From Xylographa opegraphella (taxonomy: Eukaryota): a stretch of DNA of 64,000 nt. Of the stretch, positions 1 through 12,092 are shown one piece after another. The notes beneath the pieces are model-generated. The model saw only the letters and a list, made by a program, of their open reading frames with translations. It did not search any database and had not been told where the DNA came from. Every line of letters begins with the position of its first letter. The stretch's first letter is position 1. The position numbers were made by a program, and so were the translations under genes. The stretch covers positions 1 through 64,000 of the forward strand of contig JALDZX010000068.1 of the NCBI GenBank assembly GCA_022813865.1, read 5' to 3'.

Positions 1-313
1 TAATCGGCTATAGTAAAGGACCAACAACACAGACTGCTAACGCCCTGATTTTCAACATAATAAAAAATTTAGATAAAAATAGCGATTAACTTAATAATAA
101 TATTACAGAAAATTGAATTCAAAGGTGTTTTACTTTTAATGTATTAATAAATAAAATAAAATTCATATTATTAATGACTCGTTAAAAATACTTTCATTGC
201 ACAAAAATATACCGAGAGTAATTTTTGCAAAACATTATTTTACCAAATCACTCACCGATCGCTATGATACTTACCGGAGAGTCGTGCTGTCGGACGGCAA
301 CAAAACGAAGGAC

Positions 314-318
314 AAAAA
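314..318 (-). terminator. Pol III oligo-T terminator of the tRNA
   Basis: AAAAA on + (TTTTT on the tRNA strand) a few nt downstream of the tRNA 3' end. Confidence 0.7.
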
Positions 319-323
319 GTTCT

Positions 324-421
324 TGATCGAAGTGGGACTCGAACCCACGCCCCTTTCGAGACCAGGAGTTAATGTTAAGGTAACCTTAACCTGGCGCCAT
401 AACCAGCTCGGCCATTCGACC
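324..421 (-). tRNA. tRNA-Leu(AAG) with 16-nt intron (368-383)
   Basis: Reverse complement reads GGTCGAA TGGCCGAGCTGGTTATGGCG CCAGG-TT-AAG-G-[TTACCTTAACATTAAC]-T-CCTGG, long variable arm, GGTTCGAGTCC T-loop, TTCGATCA. Acceptor and anticodon stems pair. The intron is at the canonical 37/38 position and complementary to the anticodon. Confidence 0.95.
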
Positions 422-496
422 GATAAATGTGGACCAATTTAATGTAATATATATAGTCCAATAGAAGCATTGAACTTTAATTGTGAATATATATTA

Positions 497-1950
497 TCAT
501 CGTGATGAACAGCTAGGTATATTGTTCTGAATATATACTGCAGCCTTGCCTGCGAAGATCCTTCTGAAATCTGAATGCGCCGATAAATACTTACGTTCCA
601 TTGATCTGAACCATTGAGCAAAGCTCATGATGACCTCCTCGTCTTGATTGTGATTTACCTCTGCCTCTCGGGTTGCCTTGCCTGATAGCTGCAGGTATTC
701 GGGCTTGGTTTCCAGCGGTTGGTTGCCATCACCCCAGATGAATTCGGAGTCATCATACTGCAAACCTACGCGTTTACGTTTCTTGCTTCACAAATGTTGG
801 TATATTGAAACAGCTCTAGCTCCTGTGCGCTTGCAGGGCTGGCGAGTGTGTCCCAAGACCTCCTGAAAATTTGAGCAATTCTCTCTGTGCATCCTCTTCG
901 GTTGTATTGGCATCATTATCATCTTTACTCTTGAATATATACAGCCGAGAAGAAGTCCATACACGAGCTGCCGGATGTTATCCTCAAGTTTTCGTCATGA
1001 AGTTACATAATCTCCTAAATCTCCTGCTATCTTTGCAATCGCATGCTGATGGGTATTGAGGAAATTTTTTAGCTACGAATGTTAGGCGGAATTCTAACAC
1101 AATCTCCTTGTACTGCTGTTGCCGATGCCTAATAAGCCAACTTGACCCCATGTGCTTAAAATGATGAAACTCAATTATGCATTACTACTAACAGCTGTGT
1201 GCGTTCATAGATATACTGCAAGCTTCCCAACAAGGTTTCTTATTATAAACCATTAAATATCTGATTTGTGTCCCCGAGTCACTTCTTCAGGGGACACCAA
1301 GGCATAGTAGCCGTATCTATTCAGATCCTCAAGGATTTAAGAAAATTAAGGCCAGACGACCTTGTGGTGGTAGGGTGCTGAGAAGCCCACTGGCAGAAGT
1401 AACAGCCATCTGCGTTTGAACTTTCCATCCAATTCAATCAGCATACCCGGTCGTTCCTGACTTTCTCCGCGTTGTTCCTAAAGAATTCTGCAGAGATGCA
1501 CATCTAGAATCGGCCAAGAGGACTTGCGGCGCGATTGCTCTTCAATGATATCGACTTAAAAACACAGAAGATGCCGTTGCATCAAGCGTATTTACGGCTG
1601 TATATAAAGCCTTTATAACTTTCTTCTCTTAACACGACGAGTTAAAATAATTTTTCATCCCTCGATTTCAAGGTTGTATATCCCGTAGAAGCTACGGCCG
1701 TGAACCTGGAACCTTTTAAAATAGTTGTTATATGATGACTATATAGCAATTCCTTCTGCAGGAGCTTGGGTCTGAAGGCACACAACTATGATTTTTTTTT
1801 CTAACCCAAGTGGGGTCCAAGGATAGTCGGCCACATTCAGGAAGTGACTTGTGATGGCAGGATATACAGAGGCTGAGTCTGTCACATCCCTTTGAAAAAA
1901 AACATACTTGACATATATTTCTTAAGCTTACATTGTCGATACATTTAAGA
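497..1950 (-). pseudogene. possible decayed gene relic, unidentified
   Basis: Protein-like fragments on - (e.g. QYDDSEFIWGDGNQPLETKPEYLQL, ETLLGSLQYIYERTQLL) broken by many stops, interleaved with AT-rich patches. No family recognised. Confidence 0.2.
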
Positions 1951-2006
1951 AAGCTCAATCTCCCCCACAGCCGGACCCTATGGCTTCCCGTGATCGAGAA
2001 TCAGAG

Positions 2007-2531
2007 TTAAACCCGTCTCCAGATCAAAAAGATCGGACTACCAGCGTTTTTAGAGGGGCCTGGGATGGTATGACGATAGGTATTCGGCCACTGGGCATAG
2101 TCTCCCCAATCAGCTGGATCGTTAGTGATGCCGATCGCATACATCGCAGCGGTCGTGTTCTGAGGCAAGACCTGCATGCATTTCTGGAAGTCCAAGAGGA
2201 AGCGATTCAGGAAATTGTTATGGGTCTCGCGTGTGCTGCGGCACTTGAGCTCCACGCCCCAGTTCACGATCGGCTGCCCCGGGAAGGTGAACCAGAAGTC
2301 GATCCTCTGGCCGGGTGCCCCCGGCCAGATGCCGTCCTGCTCGCGTACCAACGTATGCTGCTGGCCAAAACCCGGGCCTAAGAGGAACAACAATTCCAAT
2401 TGTGCCCAAACTTCCCAGCCTCCTCGGGATTTTTTCGCTTCCTGAACACAAGAGTACTTGGCGGCGATCCAGTTGCTGATCGCTGTAATCAAGGGATCAT
2501 TGGGATTCGAGACGTCGGTTGCGTCAACCAT
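2007..2531 (-). CDS. 174-aa intronless protein with PD-(D/E)xK restriction-endonuclease-like motifs
   Basis: Clean ATG-to-stop ORF with good start context (ACGATCATGG). Ordered motifs GGWEVWAQLEL ... REQ ... RIDFWF ... WGVELKC match the E...D...ExK arrangement. Confidence 0.65.
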   Translation of the reverse strand: MVDATDVSNPNDPLITAISNWIAAKYSCVQEAKKSRGGWEVWAQLELLFLLGPGFGQQHTLVREQDGIWPGAPGQRIDFWFTFPGQPIVNWGVELKCRSTRETHNNFLNRFLLDFQKCMQVLPQNTTAAMYAIGITNDPADWGDYAQWPNTYRHTIPGPSKNAGSPIFLIWRRV

Positions 2532-2938
2532 GATCGTGGTTTGGACGGACTAAGTTTGCAATCGGGGATGTGTGAGGACTCGGTTGGTTGGGAGAGATTA
2601 GATGACTTTGTACGAAGGGTATAGCTGAGCGGGTAGAGGATTTCAATCGAGCATTATATACTTGGCACAGGGGACGTTCATTCACAGCTTTTCCACGCTA
2701 TCAATTCGAGACCGTCCATGGCTGGCTGAAGTAAGTAAAGCGCCACCAGCTGCATGCAGGCATGGAGAAGAGTTGATAAGATGGGAATAGCCATTCCACG
2801 GTTCATCCGTAAGTTCCGAAAGGGTCACAGTCAGACCTTTTTTGACTTGCAGAAACAACGTCGTTCTACAAGGCCAATAGGACGTATCGATAGGAAGATT
2901 TTAGCGGTGTTCCAGACCTTGAGCGGGCTCGTTTCGCC

Positions 2939-2997
2939 AGCCAGCCACTGTCTCTAGCCAGCCACAATCTTTAGCCAGCCGCGGCCCTCAGTCAGCC
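2939..2997. repeat. four imperfect 17-bp-period repeats with AG(C/T)CAGCC core
   Basis: agccagccactgtctct / agccagccacaatcttt / agccagccgcggccctc / agtcagcc at 2939, 2956, 2973 and 2990. Confidence 0.7.
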
Positions 2998-3482
2998 ATT
3001 TATCCCACACGGCTTCTCCAACTGCTGCGGCTTGCAAGAAGGAGGTTCAGAATTGAATGTGCCGTTTGGCCAGGCCCAACGAGTTTCGAAAGTTCAGCTG
3101 GCCACGGGAACGTGGCGCTGAACTCGACGGGGAGGTAGATACAGGCGTGCAGAAAGCGAATACTGAGTGTCGCGAGGGTTAGTCCCTACTAAGCTAGCTT
3201 GTTGCTTCAAAAAATGAATAATTCAATTTATCATGAGTGGAATTCTTTTTTTTAATTCAAGAATTAAATTTTCTCAACGTTGAGCCGGTTTAACCCCGCA
3301 TTTTAAGGCTGAATTTAAGTTACAGCAACTTGAGAATATTGGAAAGAAATCGCACAAAGAAAGCCCGAAGGGCCTTTGCTCTTGTTCCAGAAAACTTTGG
3401 ACCAGGATTCCAGGAATCAGCTCGCCGCGGTAGCCGTATATATCAATTATCCTTCTATGCTTATAAGCCTTCAGACGAGACC

Positions 3483-4745
3483 ATGAGTGCACTTGTCTCC
3501 CTCAAAGATCGGATCTCATCACGACTGCGACGCTTGCTAACAGTCGCGTGCGAGAGTTCCCCCTTAGTACAGGTAGAGGCCACATGAACGTCGACCTTGG
3601 AGAGGTTGCCAACAGAAATTCTGCTGCACATCATCTCCTTTCTGCCAGAGAGCTCTATCGCGTGTATGAGTCTGACTTCAAAATGGTACCACGAAACCCT
3701 CGTTGACCAGTTTGATCTAAATATGCGAGACAAATTTGCAGAAAAACTACGCTTCCTCCGGCTTCTGGTGGAGGACTCACCTGAGATGATGGCATGCTGC
3801 ATCTGCAATATCCTGTACCGCTGGGATTATTGGCAGGAATACCTCTGCCCTAACCATCATGGCCATCCGTCGCTAAGGCGTGGCGTATTCTGGTGCTCTG
3901 CCCATGAACCAGCCATGATCCATCGAAACATGGTGGACGCCTTCCTAAGAGGATCTGCGAAAGGCTCGCGATACGGTCCGCAGCTCCATGAGCTAGATCA
4001 TAGCTGCAAGTCCAATTGTACTACATTATTTCAGAAGAACAAGCATATTGATTCGAGTCTTCACGCTCGTGTTGTCAGGGGGAAGCTTTTCCTTTACGGT
4101 GTCCACAAGCTATCCGTATCCTTGTCAGCTCCACCCCTCGGTACTTTAACTTCACAAGTCAATAGCAGTGAAATTGTCTCGGATTGACTTGTACCTGCAA
4201 TCAATAACTTCAGGACCCTCGGCTGCGGTCACACCAAAGATACACTTCCTGCGGTTATTTTAGATGCGTTTCAGCTCCGAGTAGGTTGCGCCGGCGATCG
4301 GACGAGAAGCCTAGATCTATTGAACTGCGGTTACTGCGCTACCGACCTACGAGTACGAGTCGAACTAGGATGCGGCGGTACGTGCGTGCAAATCGAAGTG
4401 GAGATATGGCAGTCTTTGGGAGGTCTAGAGCCTGACAACAGAGACGAGGCAGAGGATGCAAAGTTCTATTATGGATGCAGGAATTATGAGCTCTTCGATA
4501 TTAGTTCTCCTCCTAGTCGCAACCTAGAAAAAATGTTCAAAGGAGTCAAAGGAGAATGTGGCACTGTGTGGTCCTCAAATCAAGTTCAAGGGAGTCAGAG
4601 TTGGATCCAGTTGTGGAAATGGCACTATGACCCGAAAAAAGCTCAATTTTGCAGATACTGTGCCCCTTGCAATGTGGCCGGGACGTCAGATCGAATTCAA
4701 CGGCAGGCATTGCCATTTCCATTTCCGATACAGCGAGGAGGGTAA
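3483..4745 (+). pseudogene. F-box protein pseudogene (two in-frame TGA, no frameshift)
   Basis: One frame runs from ATG 3483 (MSALVSLKDR) through TGA 3585, the F-box motif LERLPTEILLHIISFLPESSIACMSLT, TGA 4185 and CGYCATDLRV...WQSLGG to stop 4745. The three ORF-track pieces share one frame. Confidence 0.75.
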
Positions 4746-5477
4746 ACGGGTAGAGTGATCGACGGAGCCTTGGTATAATTGCAGAGTCGCAGTACCTGAG
4801 AGTAGACAATACGAGAGGCTGGCAAAGGTACTTGAACGTATGACAGCGGCAAGGTCGGGCGAGTTGCACGGGAGCTTCATTATAGAAATGCCAGTCGCAG
4901 AGTCCACTGTTGATAATACGAGAACAACGTGCGAAAAGGTGTGCAAAGTCACGACGTTCAGCCAAGTATATTCATGTCTCTTATTCGTGTTCAACTCGCT
5001 TCAGGACTGCTGAATAATGACGAGATGTCCGTCTGCTGCCAGGCGTACACATTAACTCCATGATTATCCGAAAGGCTGTGGTTTCCAACTGGACAAGGAG
5101 TGTTGTGCCCGGCTTGACTCTGTGCTATACAATAAAACTCGTGGACCCCGGGCCGATCCTTTTTTGTCTTTGACGCTCCCTCTTGGAAAATTCGGCTGCT
5201 GAACATGCTTAGTCGGAAGGGCCTGAATACGCACAGGATAGGTTGAGGTAGTGGAGGCCAAATCGCCGGCTTGAACAGTGCGTCCACAAAGCGACAATTC
5301 TAGAGGTATATCAGCTAGCTTGATGCTCAAAGAGACAGGGGCTGGGATTGTTCAAGGATTGGGCTCGTCTTGGTTTCACTCTGAGAGCTACTTGTCACCA
5401 ACACTGCGTAGAAGTGCGAGCCCTGCGTTGGTGTCCCACTCACCCGCCTCGACCTATTGACTAGTCAGCATCTTGTT

Positions 5478-5822
5478 TCAAGTGGTGCCATGGGAAGGGA
5501 TGGTAAGCGGTGGCGCTGGGTCAAGAAACTGTTCAATCCGAGCGAGACACTCTTCGGTCCTTTCCAGCCTGCCCGTTATCGGATCCAGGATTCCCGCCAT
5601 GCCAGCACGCACGGCATTTCTGATCTCCCGAAGAGATTCAGGAGAAAGTGCTACCACCGTGACAGGATCAGGGTCGGTGGTAGGGGAGGGGACGTCTTGT
5701 CGGGAGATCCACCACAAAACTTGACGCACAAGCGGTACAGTTTGGGCGTGCCTGGCCAGGCGGTGCACCCAGCCAGGCAGAAAGCGGGAGAGGATGGTGG
5801 CAGCAACAGATAGTCTATCCAT
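5478..5822 (-). CDS. hypothetical small protein (short C-terminal coiled coil); exon structure uncertain
   Basis: ATG 5822 MDRLSVAATILSRFLPGW...LDPITGRLERTEECLARIEQ, GC-rich coding-like composition. No family recognised. Confidence 0.3.
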   Translation of the reverse strand: MDRLSVAATILSRFLPGWVHRLARHAQTVPLVRQVLWWISRQDVPSPTTDPDPVTVVALSPESLREIRNAVRAGMAGILDPITGRLERTEECLARIEQFLDPAPPLTIPSHGTT

Positions 5823-7629
5823 GGCTGGATATAAGGCGGAAAAAAAAGGTGCCAAATTGTCAAGGAAGCAGGATTTGGAGGAAAAGAAGGGCAGGATTCC
5901 AACCAGCTTCGTATTTAACAGAGTTGAACGCAACCGAACCGCTCCTTCCAGACCTCGTTCCTTCCTTGGTTCGAGGAGGATTGATCGCAACAGCCCAAAA
6001 ATTTCTGGATGCCAGGAAGGAACAGAGGAAGCGTCAGAAATCACGACGCAGGACGTAGCCTGGGCCGTACGAGCATCCAATATCTTTCTTATCAATCCTA
6101 GTATTACTTTGTGAGTAAAACTTTCATTATATTTCGACGATTTTTCTTAAATTAAAACAAGAGAATTGATTGTTTCATATTTAATATGCTTAATGTACGG
6201 TCATAAAACCCAAAAAATAAAAGGAACCCAGGATGGGTAAATATATATATAATTGTGCTTATTATGCTGGAGCGCAATACTTACGATTGAATACTATAAA
6301 GCGTTAATGATAGCAGGCGGTGAATGGCATTGCGTGCTACCGCCACCTGGCACACTCAAAACTGGAAAAGACATTCAGTCCTTGATTTCATGCCCGGTCA
6401 CTGGAAAATAATGGTCGACTTTCCCACTATACACAAGAAATGAACGATATGCATTGATCAGGTGAAAGGCCTTATTGCCTGTTGTTGGCTTTATCCCAAC
6501 GAGCTCGTGGCCCATGTCCGTCAAGATTTCAATATTGCTTCGAATACACAGTTCATGTCTGAACGGAAGGGGGAAATGGAGGAGGGAAAAGGATTTCGCA
6601 TGAGTTTGTGGCGATGAGCGCGTCCGTAATGAAACTCTTCCCTACCTCTCCTGCCTCTTTTGCTTTCTCCGTCTCCTTCGCTACATGGCGAGGCTATTTG
6701 CGAGGAACAATCTTATCAGGAAGAACAGTGGGTTGGGTAGACGACCGAGCGTGTTTTCGAGTTCGTGCTTCTTAGGTGGCAGCACCAGGCTCAAACCGAG
6801 TAGTCTCCCTTGTAGTCATCGACGGCGGCGGCGGCGGATGTCGTATCAGAGCACTGGCAATTTCTGTCATCCCGGATGCAAGAACCAGGATGAGGCTCAA
6901 TGGCGTCGAGATATAACACTCCCGCATGGAAGTTGCTGGCTAATGTGGAATCATACTGGAACCTGAAATTCTCGGTCTCTATCTCTTGCCCATCGCTTTC
7001 CTGTCTGGATTGGGGTGTGGACATATTCTCAATACGTCCTCCGACAAACCCGTTCAACGCCAGGATTGAGTACAGTGAGAAGCGTCGCCGTGGGAACAGA
7101 AAGATCGAAGAATTCCCAGGCAGCAGACTTGACTGAAACTAACGTGAGAGTCACAGTTGGGCAACTGTAGCCGAGACCCGAAATGGAATCCCTGAGCCCG
7201 AACTGATTGGCCATCAGGGCAGCGCACGGACGCGCTACCCAATACTTCGTCATGTCTCCCTCCACGCTCTCGCCGTGCTCGGCCAGGCGTCCCCGATGCT
7301 CCGTCACATGCGCCATTGAAGCGGCCTCGCTCCCATTCCTGAGCGAAAATGTTAATGGAAGAAGCACGGTTCGGGGTGTATATGATATATACATAAATAC
7401 ACTATACCCCGAAGGAATATCTGGAGTGGAAATTCATGGCCATTCGTTAGGCTCGTTTGCCAATGGGATAATGTAGGACGCGGTCTTCGTCCAAGAAGTC
7501 AACATCCCTAGTGACAAGCAACAGTCTCCGTGATCTTTTAGTCCGCATCCATGAATTGTAAACTTTCATCCAGTCATATTGCTTTGCTCTCATTCAAAAC
7601 CCTACGCCGGTGGTTCGTAATGCCCCGAC

Positions 7630-10600
7630 CTAAGTCTCTGTTTCAATTCCTGGATTTCTGTCATGGTGCTGGAACCTGTTGATGATATGGTCTTTACCGT
7701 GGTCGACTTTGGTTTTCATCCATTTGACTGTGCGAGCTCCCTGTAATGAATAGCACGAGTCAGGTATGAAACGGTATGTGGTCGGGAAGGACCAACCTTA
7801 TATTGCATTATTCCACGGTGCTGCCGATGCAGTGCCGTTCGATGGTCTTTGTAATCTTTCAACTGCTGGATAGGGTTTCGGCTGCCATCGTCTTGCTGAT
7901 TCTGACCTACAGCACTATCAATCACCTTCGGTACAAGACTGCCCACGTCTGATGTCAAGTCGTCGGAGTCGCTGCTGTCGCTTCCGTCCATTATATCACG
8001 AATCTCCTTGTTATCACTGGCCGTGTCTAGCACTTCAAAGACGTCTTTGAGGTTCGCGTTCTTGCTGATGAGTCGCTTGTGGTAGCTACTGAGACCTTGC
8101 CATAACTTCAGCGGCACCTCAATCGTTCCTACCTTCTCACCCATCGACTCGAGGCAATTATGTTCTGCCCGTTTTAGGTCAATGTCTCCAGCCCATACAG
8201 GCAGCGTTACGCTTTTCTCCTCATCATCGGGTATGTCTTTCAGCCATAGTATGGCAAAGGCAGGCGTTTTGTCTATGACCACCCGATTCTTCCGGAATTC
8301 GATGACCATGCAAGAAGAGTATCTCTTACGGACAGCAAGACATACATTTCGGTCCTTCTTTGAGGTCCAGTGCCCGTCATTGTTATTGTCGTACATTTTG
8401 CCTCGATTGATGGATGTTCTCAACTTCATGCGAAGTCCTCGAAGATCGTCGGGCAGGTCTTTCGATGTCACTGGACCAGTAATTTCAAGCGTCCCGTAGT
8501 CCCACCCCAACAGCTCCTTCGGTAATTGCAATTGAACCGAGCGGAAGATCATTGATATTCGGGCACGACCAAAGCCAACGCCTCCAACCAAGGGATAATT
8601 GTCAACTGTCTGACAACGGTCTCGGAATTGGTCTCCCAGTGGCAAATACACGATTCCCAAAAGCGCGTCCTCTTCGTGTAAACGCGAATCACTGACCGCG
8701 ATTATGACTTCTGTGGACCGCCAATCTCGAATCATACGCTCTGTGCTAGCATTGAAGAACGGTTTCGAGTTTTTGGGTTTGGTGCGCGTTTTGAATATCT
8801 TTTGTTGATTAAGTATGACAGTACAATAGCTCGAAGGAAGATCAGTATCATCCAGCGCGGTATCATCGCCCTCGTCGCCTTCGCCTCTGTTCTTGTTGAG
8901 TCGTTCAAATTGAAGGCCAGTGATGCTGTGGACCTGGATAGATAATATGCCAGAGGGGTACGCTTCTGGAGGAGGGGATGATATCACAAGCTCCTCTTCT
9001 CTTGTTTTGAGGTCCTGTGCTTGTTGTAGTTCGATTTCGTCCGACTTATCTTTCTCCACGTCCTCCCGGAGTTTGCGCTCTGCTTGCTCAGACACCTTGT
9101 CTTTCAGTTGTTGGATAGTCTTGATTTCGGGTTCTGCAGATTGTCGAGCAAGTTGATCCGCCTGGATTTTGACTTTTCTGAAGTATCCAACGCTCCATTC
9201 AAGGGATCCAGGCATGTCTTCATCAGCGTCCATCGCTACGAACCCATCGGTCCGATCCCACATTTTTCCTTTGTAACGAGTGTCGTGCATAATCTCTTTG
9301 AGGTCTAGTTCGACTCTACCGAGATCGTCATCAGCTGAATGGACGTCCGAGTCCCATAGTTGCAGTCGGATCCGTTCGTCAGCATTAAGTTCCTCAGAAC
9401 TAACGAGAATGAACGCAGTTTCGTCCCATATAGGCTCCATGTCGTCCAGGATGATACGTGTGGACCATACCACTTTTCCAACCTTGGCCCATCCAATACT
9501 GATATATGGATCGGACGACCCCTTCCTCAGTCTACCAAGATTGACGTTTCCCTCTTTAAATTCTATCGCCTTTTTGACATGTATCATGATGACTCCAACT
9601 GCATTAGTATCTCTCTTATAATCTGGACCATCGAGCATATCTTTTAGATCCAATGTCAAACTCTTAGGGGCGACATATTCCGCAAGAGCAGCATCTATCG
9701 AACTTTGGACGAAGGAAGATATCAGTGGAAGATCCATAAGATTCAGTCCGTGTTTTGTCAATGGAACGCATGAGAGAGAGGCCTTTGGCTGACCAAGAAA
9801 TGTTAAGGTACACAATGCGAAGAATGGTGGATCAGGGATTAACTGGAGTCTCATCCTCAATGTGCCGACAATTCCTTGAACCTCAACCCAAACAGCTTGA
9901 AGTCGTCAGTGACTTTCAGATAACAAGGGGTTATGCAAATGTACATGCACTATGTACTTACGAAACTTGATACCCCCAGGGAGATAAAATTCAAGAAACA
10001 GATGTGCGTTTTTGACCTTTTTCTTCAACCCCTTGCCACTAGATGTTGCACGATACGAAAAAGCGACCTCCATGTTGACGGAATTGCCCACTTCCGCTTC
10101 CATCCCCTCTGCTATGTTCTCTTTCTCACTCTCTTCCTCTTTCCCGTTATTGTCATCGTTCGTCGACTTTCCTTCTTCCTTGTTGATTTCAGATTCGTCT
10201 GGTTTTGTGTTGTCTGCCACTTGGCCCTGTCCTTGGGCTTTCCTATCACTATCGTTATTGTTGCCAGGTTTGATCTTGCCATCCACAGAAACGCTGTTGG
10301 CGGCTGCCCCTGTCGGAAGCCACTTTATGCCCAAAATTCGAACGGTCTCACTTCCCTGACCGAGGTCGTCCACGCTGACCATACGAACCAGTCTGGGTAG
10401 TGAAGCTTGCATGACATCCTCGAGTGTATCTGCCAAGCTGGTGAACAAGTCCGGATTTATTAGTGGCCAGACCGAGGCGAGCAAGGAATTCAACCACTGT
10501 ACTGATTCTGGCGTGGTCGAGTCGTCGCGTTGTTGATCTTGTTGAGTTTTCGAAGCTTCCCAGATCTCATCATCCCAGATGTCGTCAACCTTATGGGCAA

Positions 10601-11495
10601 GCCAATCTCGCAAACCCCACAAGATTGCTCCTCCAGCCACCAGCCCAACAAAGGGTATAATCCCAGTCGTGAAAATGTAACCAGTCCACGACCTCTGCCC
10701 ACCACTGCTGATAAGATGACTCAAAATTATTGTCATGAAAGAAACGATTATTGTGAGACTCAGTCCGACTGTGATTGCCTTGTTGTATACTAGCACAATC
10801 TGCTCTTTCGTTGCTTGCATGTTTGGAGGAGGAAACAGTCTTTGCATGCCCTTATGCTCCGCTTCAATCTCTTCCTCTTCCTTGCGCAGCTGCGAGTCGC
10901 TCTTTGATGCTCCGCTCGGGCCGGTCGCTGTTCGTGGTTCCGAGCCAAACGCTGATGGATTCTCCGGTACATTTTCAAGCTCTTGGTCTGTTGCGTCATG
11001 AATCGTGACCTGAAGATGTGTAACGGGGTCTGTGACCTTTCGTCCTTGGTTGTCCCGCTTCATGTGCTTGAACATCCTCCTCTTCTTGCGAGGATCGGTC
11101 TCTTCTGCTACCTTTTGCTGCATTCCTGTAGGCTCGTCGTTAGGCTTCTTGTTGCCAGATTCTACGGGGTCAGCATTGTCGTGTTCGTTCCTAGAAACAC
11201 TATCGTTCCCCTCACTCGTGGTGGAGTTCCGATTGTGGCTATCGTAAGGCTCAGGACTACCTGCCTGCCCCAGAGTCCCATTCCGTGCATCTTCGTTGAG
11301 GTGTAAATAACTCTTGATAGATCTATGCGAGTCCTCGTTGACGTTTGTGTCTTGCTCTACCTGCTGGTGAAGATCTTGTCGATGTTGTTGTTCCTCTTCA
11401 TACCCTTTAACCGTGGGGACCGGATGATGGGCATTGTAAGGTGCGTTGGCGACTCGATTACCGGCGTTTGTGTCAAAGTTATCGTTGTCTGACAT
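7630..11495 (-). CDS. mug190: Mug190-like SMP + C2-domain membrane-contact/lipid-transfer protein
   Basis: N-terminal PYNAHHPVPT, two TM helices, SMP start PESVQWLNSLLASVWPLINPDLF, and C2 motifs SSDPYISIGW and LWDSDVHSADDDLGRVE. Introns 9896-9961 and 7741-7796; last exon ends PGIETET*. Confidence 0.85.
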
Positions 11496-12092
11496 GTTTA
11501 CTTCACAGAATTGGCCTTTAAAGTGTGGTTTGACTATAGTAGCAACATATAGATAATGACGCGGAAGGTCCACTGATTGTCATTAAACAGAATTGAACAG
11601 AATTCATTCAAGTGTGCATGAAGGTGCAACACGAGCTCTTCTTGGAAATGCTGACGATGGAGATGCCAATTTATGATGGACATGAATTAAATCATGAGAC
11701 AACTGGAACTTGAAAGGAATGGCAACAGCGAATGGCCATGATGAACTTCAATAAACCTGTTCCATTCGCGTGCTATCCCTGTAAGCTTTTGTGTGGGGCA
11801 ACGAAGCTAAACATGGCATACGTAGGCCTAGACTCGACTTCTGAGCTATTTCGTAGCTACAAAGTACAGCATGGTGTAGACATCAGTCTGGGTATTCAGA
11901 GTAGATACTCGTCTCAGTCTTGAACAAACCGTATGATTCACTGTAAGTTACTCGTAGGCCTGACTCAACCTCTTCACTATTTCTACGATTGACGTCATTA
12001 GCTTCGCTTGGCAGTCTCGCGGTCCACATGCGGCCCTACGGAGTACCACTGATTTTTACAAATATCTTATAACCATCATCAAGCACGCAGGA

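Noticed and set aside
197..442. 81-aa ORF
   Set aside because: TTG start and antisense to the tRNA gene; spurious.
1268..1297. 8-bp-stem hairpin GTGTCCCC...GGGGACAC
   Set aside because: Short isolated inverted repeat, plausible by chance in 64 kb.
3585..4187. Selenocysteine or alternative genetic code for the in-frame TGAs
   Set aside because: Dikarya lack the Sec machinery, and TGA terminates intact genes in this window (e.g. DPH4, DAHP synthase).
1..7500. Starship or other intact transposon
   Set aside because: No tyrosine recombinase, transposase, RT/integrase, terminal repeats or target-site duplication could be identified.
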